A DNA stretch of 64,000 bases from positions 46,819,140 through 46,883,139 of the forward strand of contig JARDVH010000121.1 in the NCBI GenBank assembly GCA_030324005.1, written 5' to 3'. Origin of the DNA: Negaprion brevirostris (lineage: Eukaryota). A program made the translations under genes and the position numbers. How positions within the stretch are numbered: the stretch's first letter is position 1; every line of letters begins with the position of its first letter. Below, in pieces: positions 12,232-24,080 of the stretch. The notes under the pieces were generated by a model, which saw only the letters and a list, made by a program, of their open reading frames with translations, was not told the origin of the DNA and did not search any database.

Positions 12232-12270
12232 TGTGCAGCCACCTGGTGGCTGGGGTGCAGCACTGCAAAA
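12232..12270 (-). promoter_or_regulatory. CTCF-like site with upstream TGCAG module
   Basis: Minus strand reads TGCAGtgctgcaccccagCCACCAGGTGGCTG. Confidence 0.55.
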
Positions 12271-14821
12271 TGCAGCAATTCTGCGCAATTTCTGACCGAA
12301 CAATGCATGACCATTTACTACAGCAAAGCCCCACCACAAAGTGCCAATTTACACACATAGGTAGCAGAGCATGAGCACACGTAAAACCTTTTAAAAATGA
12401 TCTCTGCCAGTGTTAGAGCATGATACAGGAGTTTCAATGGATTTGTAAGTGGAAGGTTATGACCCAACTATCTTAATGTTAGACAGAGGGGTGGGAGGGA
12501 AAGCGACAGAAATATTCCAATTATTCAATTTAAATCATTTTGCTTTCAACTGCCCAGACAACCCCAGCGGTTGACATGCAACGTAGTTGGTCCACAACAT
12601 TGCACGTGGCATTTCCTCTTGCACCATTATGCTAATTTCCATTCAGACCATCAGCACTGTCCTTACTCCTGCCTGCACCCACCCCTGTTGCTTCTGCCTG
12701 CACATGGGAGGTGTTTAAAAACCATGAACAGCACATGCCCATGAGAAAATGTAACAAATGCTTTTCACTGTGAAATCACCAGTCAGCTGGCTCATTCATT
12801 TTGATTCCACTCATGTGAACTGAATAATAAATTAAACGCTCAAGCTAAACTAACAATAGTCAGGAGCCACACAGCCTTGATGAATTGCTGGACTGAATCA
12901 AGCCATTTCTCAAACGGTTAGAAAACAAATGTCCTGAACCCTGCCTTAGCTGAAGTTGGCAATTTGATCAGATTGCATTTCCCCCATAGGCGTCTTCCAG
13001 TATCTCAGTCGCATCAGTACAATTCTGTGAGCCTTGTTTGTATGTTGGGCGTTCCTGACCCGCATGTTCACTGCACAAGTAGTGGTGGCGGCAGAGGAGG
13101 GGGGGGCAGAAGGAGAGAGAAGACCTCAAGAAAACATTAAAACATAAGGACAAAACAAAAAATGCATAATAGCAGGAAAGACAACTTCCAAAGGAAGAAA
13201 GGCAGGTCAGAAAACAACATGATAGAGATTCAAAAGGAAATCTGCTAACAATACATAAATGGAATTAAAAATGCAACAAAGATTGATTGATAATACATGT
13301 TTAAATAAAAACCAAGGTGCTGGAAAATATTCATCATCAACACCATTGGCAATATTTTCTGATGCTGATTTCTTGTCATCTTCCCAAAGGGCTGGAGCTG
13401 GGGACTTGCAAGCAGTTGCCAAAGGGAAGTGGCCACTTCTGGGTCCAATTTGTTACACCTCTTCCCCAAGGAAGGTGCACTAGATAGGACAGGACAGGTC
13501 AAACAAAACAGGCAAAGCTGGCAAGACAGAAAACTAGCATTCAGCGCCCTCCTCCCCTTTACTGTATACATCATGCTTTATCGATTTGCCCGAAGGCAGC
13601 ATATCCGACTCTCATTCAACGTGAGCAGTGCCACAGGGGGTGAATGAGTGTAAAATTTATAAGAACAGACTTCTGACGATTGCAAGCTCAGAGGGCTGCC
13701 TGTTGTTGAGTGCAGAGAACCAGAGCTTTATAGCCCAACATTAGGCAACTTCAAACAAGTCGTGCTACAAGTTGCCCATGCACATTATGGCAATATCTAC
13801 AGTTAAATAAAAGGCTTATTTGCAGCTGTACTGCAGACTTTCCTCCATTGGAGGTAGCCACTCGACTTCCTGAATTTTAATTTAACCCCTCCACTGCACC
13901 CTTTGTACATCATGAAAAGCTTTCAAAGTTGCATTTTCTCAGTGGTATCAATGCATGAAGAAGCCTTTTCATTTACTGTCAGACCAGACTGTTTGAAATG
14001 CAGGTCTCCAATGTCTTCATTGCAAACTAACCATTAACCAATACCTCATTTAATCGTTGCTGATAAAAGTAAATTCCATGAAACAAAAATGACATGCTCA
14101 ATTTTATCTGAAAAAAGATGTTCTTCTGAGATTGGCAGCTGAAAGACTTGCCTTCCTTTCCAAATGGACAACCTGGAGATCACTCAGTGAAATCATCCTA
14201 CAAGCCTTCTGTCTGGAGGATGGGATATACATGCTTGGATTTGCACTGCATAATCTGCAGGCACAGATCTCTGCACAATCATCAGAAATGGTAATGCTTT
14301 CCCTTTCCTGACTCAAGAGCCTCCAACTGTTGCCGTGTCTAACTCTGCACTCAATTATTCTTTGTCTTTTAGGCTCAGAGACAGAGACCGAGGGAGGGGG
14401 CGAGGCAAAGAGAGATTTTCTAGCTCTCTCCATAGCATTGTTCTTGGGGGTGGGAGGCAACTCAGCATTGCCCATTGGCAGTCTTCAGGCCCCTGGCGCT
14501 GCCAATGGGAATTCCCATTGATTCTACCACCAGGAAACTCATTACAGTTGAAAAACCATTTAATAACTGATGCGGCTACTGCACCAGACCCATCACATCA
14601 TCAACCTGACTTCTGACTTGCAAGTCTGTAAGGTGGCTTCTGTAATTAACTTTACGGTTAATTAATTATTCTACTTAATGATATTTTAAGGTAGTACAGC
14701 CGAATACAATGGAAAAAAATGCTGCATAACCTCACTTTGAGGACCAAAAGATCCAAGCGCCCTGCAAACGTGAACACCAACGTTTTATTAACGCTGCAAT
14801 GGAAACACTGCAACTCATAAA

Positions 14822-15090
14822 ACAACAGAATCCTAGCAGCGCAGATGGAAGGCATTTGGCCCACTCAGTCTGCACCAACTCGCCAAAAGAACGTCTTCAG
14901 CCAGGCCCATCCCTCCTGCACATTTACCATGGTCACTCCACCTAGCCTGCATTTCTTTAGACTATGGGAGGAAACCGGAGCACGCGGAGGAAACCCACAC
15001 AGAGGCGGGGAGGATATGCAAATTCCACAGACAGTGACCTAAAGCTGGAATGACTAAAGCTGGATCTCTGGTGCTGTGAGGGAGCAGGCA
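14822..15090 (-). mobile_element. HE1-type V-SINE
   Basis: gggaggaaaccggagcacgcggaggaaacccac (V-domain, reverse complement) with CR1-type tail. Confidence 0.8.
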
Positions 15091-15171
15091 TTTGGGGCAA
15101 TAAACCACAAATATACAGCTACAGAAAATACTACGTCAATGAATTAAAATAAATGTAAAAACCCAATGACT

Positions 15172-15443
15172 GGCACATCATGGCAGCACAGTGGTTAGCA
15201 CAGCTATCTCACAGCACCAGGGAGTTTGCATGTTCTCCTTGTGCCCGCGCGGGTTTCCTCCGGGTGCTCCAGTTTCCTCCCACACTCCAAAGATGTGCAG
15301 GTTAGTTGGTTGACATGCTAAATTGCTCCTGGTCAGGGGGACTAGCTAAGGTAAATGCATGGGGTTACGGAGATAGGGTCTGGATGGGATTGTCGTTGGT
15401 GCAGACTTGATGGGCCTCCTCCTGCACTGTAGGGATTCTATGA
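15172..15443 (+). mobile_element. HE1-type V-SINE
   Basis: cagtggttagcac head, gggtttcctccgggtgctccagtttcctccc, tail ctgcactgtagggattctatg. Confidence 0.85.
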
Positions 15444-15921
15444 AAGTCTGATGGTTTATGGAAAACTTTGAATTCCTAGACTCGAATTTATCAGCTCCAA
15501 AGTTGGTGATTTGAACTCAAGACTCGTTATTTTTGAAGGGGCAGTGACTCCAACTGTTAGTTACTCTCAGAGTCTCATAAGAAAGATGACTGCTCAGCAC
15601 AAGCTTCAACCTAGCTTAATGTTATCCTTGTGGCGTTTTCTTCAAAGCTGCGTATAATACAAACTTATATTGCTTCAATTTCTGCAAAGGAAGAAAACAT
15701 TTATAGGGCCAGTGTCATTTTCCAATGAAGTTGCTTTGTAACATCTGTATCAACAGCTGCCAGCTGCAACACCCTCTGAATGCACCTGCAGTACGCTGAC
15801 CATTTCCCTGGACTCATTTCCAGTTACAGTGGGTCACTTTTCCCCATCAGTATTTTGCACAGTCTTAAGTATCAATAAATTTCTTTTCTGAATTGATAAT
15901 TAATGACATTAGTAACGAAAC

Positions 15922-16118
15922 TGTGGCACAGTGGTTAGCACTGGTGCCTCACGGCACCAGGGACTCAGGTTTAATTTTGCCTTCGGTGACTGTGTGGAGT
16001 TTGCACATTCTCCCACATCTGTGTGTGTTTCCTCCCACTGTCCAAAGATGTGTAGGTTAGGTGAATTAGCCATGGTAAATGTGTGGGTTTATGGGGATAG
16101 AGAGGAGTGGGCCTGGCT
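15922..16118 (+). mobile_element. HE1-type V-SINE, 3'-truncated
   Basis: gtggcacagtggttagcactggtgcctcacggcaccagggac. Confidence 0.75.
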
Positions 16119-16119
16119 A

Positions 16120-16440
16120 AGAATTATAGAATCCTATAGTGCAGAAGGAGGCCATTCGGCCTATCAAATCTGCACGAACCATAATCCCACTGAGGCCCTA
16201 TCCCTTACCTTATGCATTTACCCTAGCTAGCCCCCTGACACTAAGGGGCAATTTACCATGGCCAATTCACCTAACCCAACACATCTTTGGGCTGTGGGAG
16301 AAAACCAGAGCACCCAGAAGAAACCCACGCAGACATGGAGAGAATGTGCAAACTCCACACAGACAGTGACACGAGGCTGGAATTGAACACTGGTCTCTTG
16401 CGCTGTGAGGCAGCAGTGCTAACTATTGTGCCTCCGTGTG
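16120..16440 (-). mobile_element. HE1-type V-SINE, near full length
   Basis: atagaatcctatagtgcagaaggaggccattcggcc ... gctgtgaggcagcagtgctaac. Confidence 0.85.
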
Positions 16441-16634
16441 CCCTTTTATTTGAGCAGAATCATCTGTCTGTGATGACACCCCATCTCCCTCCATACTGCC
16501 AAGGTTTTCCTTCCCTCTGTAAGTCCCTTCCAAGAAGCCCATGGCCTAGCAGCAGAAGGTAACCTCAGGAACTGTGCTTTTCACACTTGATAGTCTTCTC
16601 CAAGGTAGCCTAAAATCTTTCTCCTAGTACCGTA

Positions 16635-17262
16635 TGAGTCAGACCCTGGTACGTCTGAGACCCCTGTACATCCGAGTCAGACCCTGGTACACCCGAGTCA
16701 GACCCTGGTACACCCGAGTCAGACCCTGGTCCCCCGAGTCAGATCCTGGTACACCCGATCAGACCTTGGTACACCTGAATCAGACCCTGGTACACCCAAG
16801 TCAGACCCCAGTACACCCAAGTCAGGCACTGGTACCCCTAAGTCAGACCCTGGTATATCCATGTCAGACCCAGGTACACCCGAGTCAGAGCCCGGTACAT
16901 CTAAGTCAGCCCGTGGTAGCCCTGAATCAGACTCCGGTACACCCGAGTCAGATCCCGTGACACCTGAGTCAGACCCTGGTTCCCACGAGTCAGACCCTGG
17001 TCCCCCTGAGTCAGACCCTGGTACACCCAAGTGAGACCCTGGTACACCCGAGTCAGACCCTGATACCCCTGATTCAGACCCTGGTACACCCGAGTGAGAC
17101 ACTGGTACACCTGAGTCAGACCCTGGCACCCCTGTCAGATCCTGGTACACCCGAATCAGACCCCGATACACCCGAGTCAGACCCTGGTACACCGGAGTCA
17201 GACCCTGGTACACCGGAGTCAGACCCTGGTACACCTGAGTCAGACCCTGGTACGCACGAATC
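16635..17262. repeat. 21-bp minisatellite, ~30 copies (GAGTCAGACCCTGGTACACCC)
   Basis: Directly visible tandem array; explains the heptad-repeat ORFs on both strands. Confidence 0.95.
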
Positions 17263-18310
17263 AATTCAAAGGTTCTCCCAGGTAGCTATTTCTGGAACAT
17301 AAACTGTGTCAGTGAAATGCAGGGATGAGTCATGGATGCAAACACATCCTACTTTTCACAAATCTTCCTATGTACATCATTAAAACATACATTTTGAAAC
17401 ACTTACTTATTTCATCATGAATTATGGATTCTGAGAGCTTTCTTTTAACTGATGATAAATCAACTGGTCCACAGTTCCCCAATGTATTGAATGATACCAC
17501 CACTATTGTGATCCAAGTTGAGTTCAGTACAACAGGGGGAGCTGACATTTCTGGAGTGGCATATTCTATATTATGCATTTCAAATTTTCTATCTTGGAAA
17601 TTGTAAACTTTGTGTTTCAAATAAAATAGAGGAGAATGGGGGGGATCAGTTGGAATCTCACAGATAATGAAGGCCAATAATTAGTCCTGGATGTAAAGTA
17701 CACCCAATATACCTTAACTCATTTATATGATGCACTTACTTCATTATTTTTCAAGATGTTTTTCAAGATTCAAAATTAAGCTTTTATTCAGGGTACAAGC
17801 AGAGGAACAGGCTGTTCACTGGTGAGAGAACAGCATGTTAATACGATTTATTAAATAAAATCTTTCCTGCTGGTCTCCTTTAAAGCTGTTTAATACTGTA
17901 GGCAGCAAATATTTGGCAGATGATTTATTCCCAGTGGGTTACTTCATTGCTGAGGGTGTATTTGAGTTTTCTCCTATTTCCACCCACAGTGTTAGCTGAT
18001 AGAACTCTTCCTTCCACAAAGGTTCTTGGAGCTTAAGATAGTTTCAAGAAAAATAATGGATAGCTCCTCTTCAAATAGTTCACCATGTAAGAGGAAAGGG
18101 TCTTTAGATTAGTTTCTAGAAAATAAATAATTATGGATGAAAATGTGAAAGCTGCAGGAGTTTTAGTTCATAATCTACCCACGCCCAGTCCTACTGAGGG
18201 AGGCAACACGTAAACTTTGTGTTGCCTCCTCATTTCCATGATTGCAGTGTTTAGCCATGAGCGACCCAGGTTACTGGCTGGTTGAATTCTCAACAGAAGA
18301 CCTAAAAGAG

Positions 18311-18601
18311 ACAGTGGCACGATGGTTAGCACTACTGTCTCCCAGCACCAGAGACCTGGATTCGATTCCTGGCTAGGGACACTGTCTGTGCCGAGTCTCC
18401 ACATTCACCCCGTGTCTGCATGGGTTTCCTCCAAATGCTCCGGTTTCCTCCCAAGGTCCGAAAGACATGCTGGTTAGGAATATTGGCCATGCTAAATTCT
18501 CACTCAGTGTAACTGAACAGGTGCCAGAGTGTGGCAACTAGGGGATTTTCACAGTAACTTCATTGCAGTGTTAATGTAAGCCTACTTGAGACACTAATAA
18601 A
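18311..18601 (+). mobile_element. V-SINE with alternative tail (tail B)
   Basis: HE1-like head and V-domain, then aaattctcactcagtgta...ggggattttcacagtaacttcattgcagtgttaatgtaagcctacttgagacactaataa. Confidence 0.85.
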
Positions 18602-18701
18602 NNNNNNNNNNNNNNNNNNNNNNNNNNNNNNNNNNNNNNNNNNNNNNNNNNNNNNNNNNNNNNNNNNNNNNNNNNNNNNNNNNNNNNNNNNNNNNNNNNN
18701 N

Positions 18702-18840
18702 TTATTTGGAGTTATGAGCTTTCAGAGAGCTGTTCCCTCATCTGATGAATGACTTACCTGAGGAAGGAGCAGCACTCTGAAAGCTCGTGACTCCAAATAA
18801 ATCTGTTGGTCTTTAACCTGGTGTCATGACACTTTTTATC
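18702..18840. mobile_element. Penelope-like element terminus, inverted pair
   Basis: ttatttggagttatgagctttcagagagc ... gcactctgaaagctcgtgactccaaataa form inverted arms, followed by ctgttggtctttaacctggtg. Confidence 0.7.
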
Positions 18841-18959
18841 TCCACATCTGTGGTAGATAAATGCTGTGGGATCTTATACCTCAAACTGAATAGAGGGGAT
18901 CTGCACTTCATGTCTCATTCAAAGTAAAAGGGAACATTCATCATTACACTTACAATTTC

Positions 18960-19075
18960 AGATTTTTTTAAATTCAAATTTCACCATCTGCTGTGGCAGG
19001 ATTTGAATCTGGGTCCCCAGATTTTGCTCAGTGTCTGTGGCTTACTGGTGCAGTGACATTTCCACTGTCTCCCCT
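18960..19075 (-). mobile_element. Deu-SINE head fragment
   Basis: aattcaaatttcaccatctgctgtggcaggatttgaatctgggtcccc is the reverse complement of 19530-19580. Confidence 0.6.
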
Positions 19076-19465
19076 AAATAAAACAAGAGCTACTCGATAG
19101 TGTGACAACCCATTGCACTTGAGTCTTCAAACATGGTAATTTCTGGGGTTATAACAATGGGAGAAAACAAGAAGTTCAATTAATTGAATTAAGATCTGAA
19201 GGACACAAGAATAAATTAACCATATCATAATTACAATTACTAACTATTAAATTTGGGGCACTGGCTCCCATACTGTGAATTTATAAGTATCTATTAATAA
19301 CAGACAAGGCTAGGGACTGCTGGCATTTAGTCCTACAGGCTTTCATTTAGAGAACTGAAATTCATGAGACAGCAATCTTACAGCAGCCTAAATCAAGATT
19401 CAGCACCAAAAGCAATGAAAACCAGAATGTGCAGTGTAAAGCAAACAACAGCTGTGAGGCAGACT

Positions 19466-19860
19466 GGGGAAGCGATGGTCTAATGGTATTATCACTAGAC
19501 TATTAATCCAGAAACTCAGCTAATGTTGTGGAGGCCCAAGTTCGAATTCCGCCACGGCAGATGGTGGAATTTGAACTCAATTTTAAAAATCTGGAATTAA
19601 GAATCTNNNNNNNNNNTCACCATGAAACCATTGTCAATTGTTGAAAAAACCCATCAGATTCACTAACGTCCTTACAGGAAGGAAATCTGCCATCCTTACC
19701 TGGTCTGGCCTACATGTGACTCCAGAGGCCCAGCAACGTGGTTGACTCTCAACTGTCCTCTGAAGTGGCCAAGCAAGCTACTTAATTCAAAGATGACTCG
19801 GGGTGGGCAATAAATGCTGGCCAGCCAATGATGCCCATGTCCCATGAAAGAATAAAAAGA
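19466..19860 (+). mobile_element. Deu-domain SINE (SacSINE1-like), near full length
   Basis: tRNA-like head (B-box gttcgaattcc), core gaaggaaatctgccatccttacctggtctggcctacatgtgactccaga, tail gggcaataaatgctggccagcc. Confidence 0.75.
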
Positions 19861-21369
19861 GAAGAAAAAAATTTTGGTTAGTTCATTTTCCCATCTTGTG
19901 GGATGCCCTAACACGCAATTGGTTTGCTGACAGCAAGTGAAAATGTTAAATTCTGCCCAGCAGCATCTGCCCCATTTTTCTTTTTTAAAACAAAATTTTT
20001 TTTTGTCATTTCCACAAAACAGCAAAAAGTCTGAAAACAGGTTTATAGCATCTGTAAAATATTTCTGGGAGCAGTGAAGACATTTAGTGCAAGACATTTT
20101 ATGTTTCAAGGTGCAATTTTTTTCATTTATCACTCAGCCCAAGTAGATAAATTTATTTCATGTTGATTTGGGATTAAAAACACAGCATAGGCCAACTGAA
20201 AGACGTGAGACTGGAAACGGGACATCACGCAAGATAAACCATCTGATGGGCAAAGACTTCTAAATATTATCTAGAGACTCCTCAGATGCTGATGTTTTGA
20301 AATGAAAAATGGTATTAAACAAAATGGTTAGAAAGATTGACATGTGCCAGGCTAGATTTTTAAGTCTGAATCTCTTTCAATAAAAATTGAAGGAAATGAT
20401 TGCTAATTTCCTCCCCTCTTCTTCCAAAAGATGGCTTGGAGAATTACTGCTTCACTGGGATTTGCAAAACTCCATCACCTGCCATTGTGCAAGTCAGCAA
20501 TGGTCATGAGAACTCGGTGCCTGTCCTCTGAGATAGGCAACTGTGGGAGAGCCTGATGTTATCGACAGTTTTTTTTTTGTTCTCAACAGTTGTTTGCTTC
20601 TAGCAGACATTACAAGGTAACAAACAGCAGTAAGAATCCATGCCAATTTTCTTGCCAACTCTAAAACATCTAACTCAGCCTGGGCTGGAAACTTCACCTG
20701 CAATCTCCCGGGATGATAGGACTCAGCTCTTCAATGGGTAAGCTTAGAGAGGTTTGGGAAAAGTTCTACGAATACAGATTTTTAAGACTTTCGCTCAGTT
20801 GGATCTCAGCTTTAATCATTTGAAGGCAAAACAGCTACACATTTCAAATGATCAAAAGCGCATCAACCAGCACCTGCCCAATTTTCCCCCATAGGTTAAC
20901 GTGAAAACAGATTAGACATCCATCAGCCTCTCATCCTTGGATTCAAATCTAATCCTTAGATTCTGAGTAGAAAGTCTCTCATGTCAGCAACAGAGGGTTT
21001 TGAGTAGTCTCATATCAGGGCAATAACTCACATCATAAAATCACTCTGAATTCAGCAGTAATTGGGAATGATCACAGATGGAATCAAGGATGCTTAGCCC
21101 CTGAAATGGAGAAATGTGGTGAAGTGGCAGTGTTTTACTGGTGGATTTAACTCACATTGTTGGAGCGTGCATTGGGCCAGGGAGTTCCAGAAGCTGATAC
21201 CACCCCAATGCAAAGAATTATGTTCCTCAGCGCTAACATCCCCTACACTGATTGGAAAAAACACAAGACAAATTGCAAGAAGTATTGCGGCCCGGAAATA
21301 AGTGCAAGCAGCATTACCAAGCGAGCATTCTTATTTTTGCAGGCAAGTATCAAATTCACTACCTCAAAA

Positions 21370-21530
21370 CTGCAGTGGGCGCTGAGACAGTAAGTTTAAG
21401 GAGGAGTTAGACAGATTTTAAATTGGTAATGGGTTGAAGGGTTATGGGGATGAGGAGCATGTCATCCATGAGCGATTGGCGGAGCAGACTCAATGGGCCA
21501 AATGGCCTAATTCTGCTCCTACATCTTATG
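21370..21530 (+). mobile_element. CR1 LINE 3' end
   Basis: tttaaggaggagttagacagatttt...ggcggagcagactcaatgggccaaatggcctaattctgctcctacatcttatg. Confidence 0.7.
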
Positions 21531-22456
21531 AGCTTATAAGCCTCAACGTGTTTTATGTGCAAGTATATAATCTTCAAACATAATACCAACGCCTGAATCA
21601 AATTGCTCTTTCCTCCATTTTAAATGAAGAAATTTACCTATTTTAAACAAATAAATGGGTTAATGTCAGTCTTCAAATAAGAGGGGAACATGACATAAAT
21701 GCATTGTGTTTATAGAGTATTACTCAGAGTTTCAGGCTTTTATATATTTGACCAATTGACGAAACGAAATTGATGAAACACTGAACTGGAATTATGTTAG
21801 CACAGTACATTTCTGCACATGACTATTTTGTATTCAGTCCTGTTGCCAAGTTTTACAACACCACTGGAATATTACACAAACTCAATTTAATTTCCAATCT
21901 GTTTTGTAGCGTATTACAAAGGAACTACTGCCTACAGGGACGTAAGCTTGAGGAAAGCAAGACATCATTACCTCATTTGGCACTATTTAGCAATACTAAC
22001 AACTACTGGTGGTAACAAAAGGCCAAGCTCTTGTAACACGATTTGTTCCATTGGTAATGGGAATTGGTGGTGCGTTGCATAACATGAAGTTTGATGACAA
22101 AATTATTTCCAGTCCCATTCACACACCATTACAGCAGCATCAATTCAATTTTAAAATCTGTATTGGTACAATTCGTTACTATTTCTCTTAGGAAGATACT
22201 TCAAACACACTGAAGTGCAGATGTCAGTATATTAGTCAATGTTGTAAACTGCGTCTAAAGGTGACATACAAAAGTTGAATGATGCGTTAATTTATTGTCG
22301 CTGTTTTTTTTTGAAGATTGTAGAGCTGCACCTGGAAAACATCTTGTTCCTCTTCAGGTAGCACATAGGACCTTTTATGCTCACCTTAACAAGCAAGACT
22401 CTAGTTTAATCTCCCACTTTCTTAAGGTGGATCCTCTGAGGGGATCCAAGAGGATC

Positions 22457-22520
22457 ATGGGGATTTTCACAGTAACTTCATTGCAGTGTTAATGTAAGCC
22501 AACTTGTGACAAAAACAACT
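22457..22520 (+). mobile_element. Isolated tail-B fragment
   Basis: ggggattttcacagtaacttcattgcagtgttaatgtaagccaacttgtgaca without a SINE head. Confidence 0.7.
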
Positions 22521-22879
22521 AAAAAAAACAGCGTGGTTCTGAAATACCATATGTGCAAGTCTAAGAGCAATATCATGAACTCAATCTTCTGTTTCAGAAG
22601 AAATTTTCCCAACAAGAATCCAAACTGACAAATAAAAATTGGCATGCAGTTAAGTTTAGATTTTTTTTTAAAAAATCAAACATGTTGGAAAGCAGGAAAA
22701 AATTAAAATGCTGACTACAGTGGAGCTTGGCATTGCATTTTATGCAAAAATGGCTAAACCATAGCCTGCAGACCAAGTATCAGTCCAGGCTTAAAGCCTG
22801 CGTCACTAAATTTTAATGTTTTTTTCATACTCCTTACTTGCTGTTTATCCTGTTTGAATATTGTGTTTATGTTTATAAC

Positions 22880-23100
22880 AAGCTGATCTTAGCATTGTAC
22901 ATTCACAACATCCTGCTCCAGTCTCTACACCAGCCCCGTATTCTAATGCCATAGGAGTCACAATCTCCCCCCGTTAAACACTGAGGAGACCAAAGTCATT
23001 GTCTTTGGTCCTAGCCAACTCCCTATCCTCACCACTAAATCCATAACACTCTCTCTGACACCAATCTCAGGTTGAACCTGGCAGCTATCCTCTTGACAAA
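22880..23100 (+). mobile_element. Old L2-like LINE fragment
   Basis: gagaccaaagtcattgtctttggtcc (KTEVIVFG-like motif of L2 RT). Confidence 0.35.
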
Positions 23101-23169
23101 AATGGCCACCTTCTTTCATCTCTGTGACACTAAAATTCATACTTTCTGATGTATAGTTTCTTGTTTTCT

Positions 23170-24080
23170 CTCCCCCTCCCTCCTTTCTTGAGCAATGATG
23201 TTACATTTGCCAACTTACAATCTACTAGAATTGAGGGCATTTTGGAAAATCATAGCCAGTACATCTATTCTCTCTGCAGCTCTCCCTTTTAAAACCCAAG
23301 GATGTTGGCCATCAGGTCATGGGAATTTGATGGATTTTAGTCCCTTGGGTTTCTCTGATGTTAATTTCCTCACTCTTTTCTGTTCCCAGATTACCATTTA
23401 TTGCTGGTGTGCAACTCGTGCCTTCTGTTTTGAAGGCAGAAACAAAATATCTATTTACCGTCTTTGCCATTTCCTCATTCCCCATGACAATTTCTCCTGT
23501 CTCTGTTTCAATGGGATCAATGTTTGCTTCAGCTACTCGCTTCCTTTTTATATATTTGTAATTGCTCTTACAATCGATTACTCCCATTTTAGTTTTTCCC
23601 TTTTTGGCTAATTTCTGGTGGCTCTTTGCTGGTTTCCAAAACACCCCTAATCATCAGATCTGACTACCTTTTCCTGCAACATTACCAACCTTTTCTTTAA
23701 TCCAATACAGCCTTAATCTCCTTAATGAACAATGGAATGGGTCCTTCTCAATGAGTTCTTTGTTTGTCAATGGAAAGTACTTTGTTGGAATATTTTGAAT
23801 TGTTTCTTCAAATGTTTCCAACTATTTATTCATGGTCATACTATTTAGTTGATTTATCCAAACGACAGTAAACAGCTCTCCCCTCAAATCCATGACGTTG
23901 GCTTTATTTTTAAGACCTTATTTGTGATTGGAATATTTGAAGTATTTTACATGGCTTTTGTTATAAGCTTTGATATTTTGCTGTTTAATGCTTTATCCAA
24001 CTGCCAACCAACTATGACGGGCCTATAAACCACTCACACCAGCATTTCCTGGTTCTTGCTACTCCTCATCTCCAGCCAGA
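23170..24080 (-). mobile_element. CR1 LINE ORF2 fragment
   Basis: Minus ORF YKYIKRKRVAEANIDPIETETGEIVMGNEEMAKTVNRYFVSAF, typical of the CR1 EN-RT linker. Confidence 0.8.

Noticed and set aside
15172-15260. tRNA-like A/B boxes here and at other SINE heads
   Set aside because: SINE heads, not tRNA genes; each continues into a V- or Deu-domain
16634-17264. ORFs of 108, 181 and 69 aa with heptad repeats; array superficially CRISPR-like
   Set aside because: Products of a 21-bp tandem repeat with no unique spacers; eukaryotic context and no cas genes
20494-20703. Minus-strand 69-aa ORF after ttgcAG (similar case 27674-27883)
   Set aside because: Weak pyrimidine tract and no recognisable protein similarity
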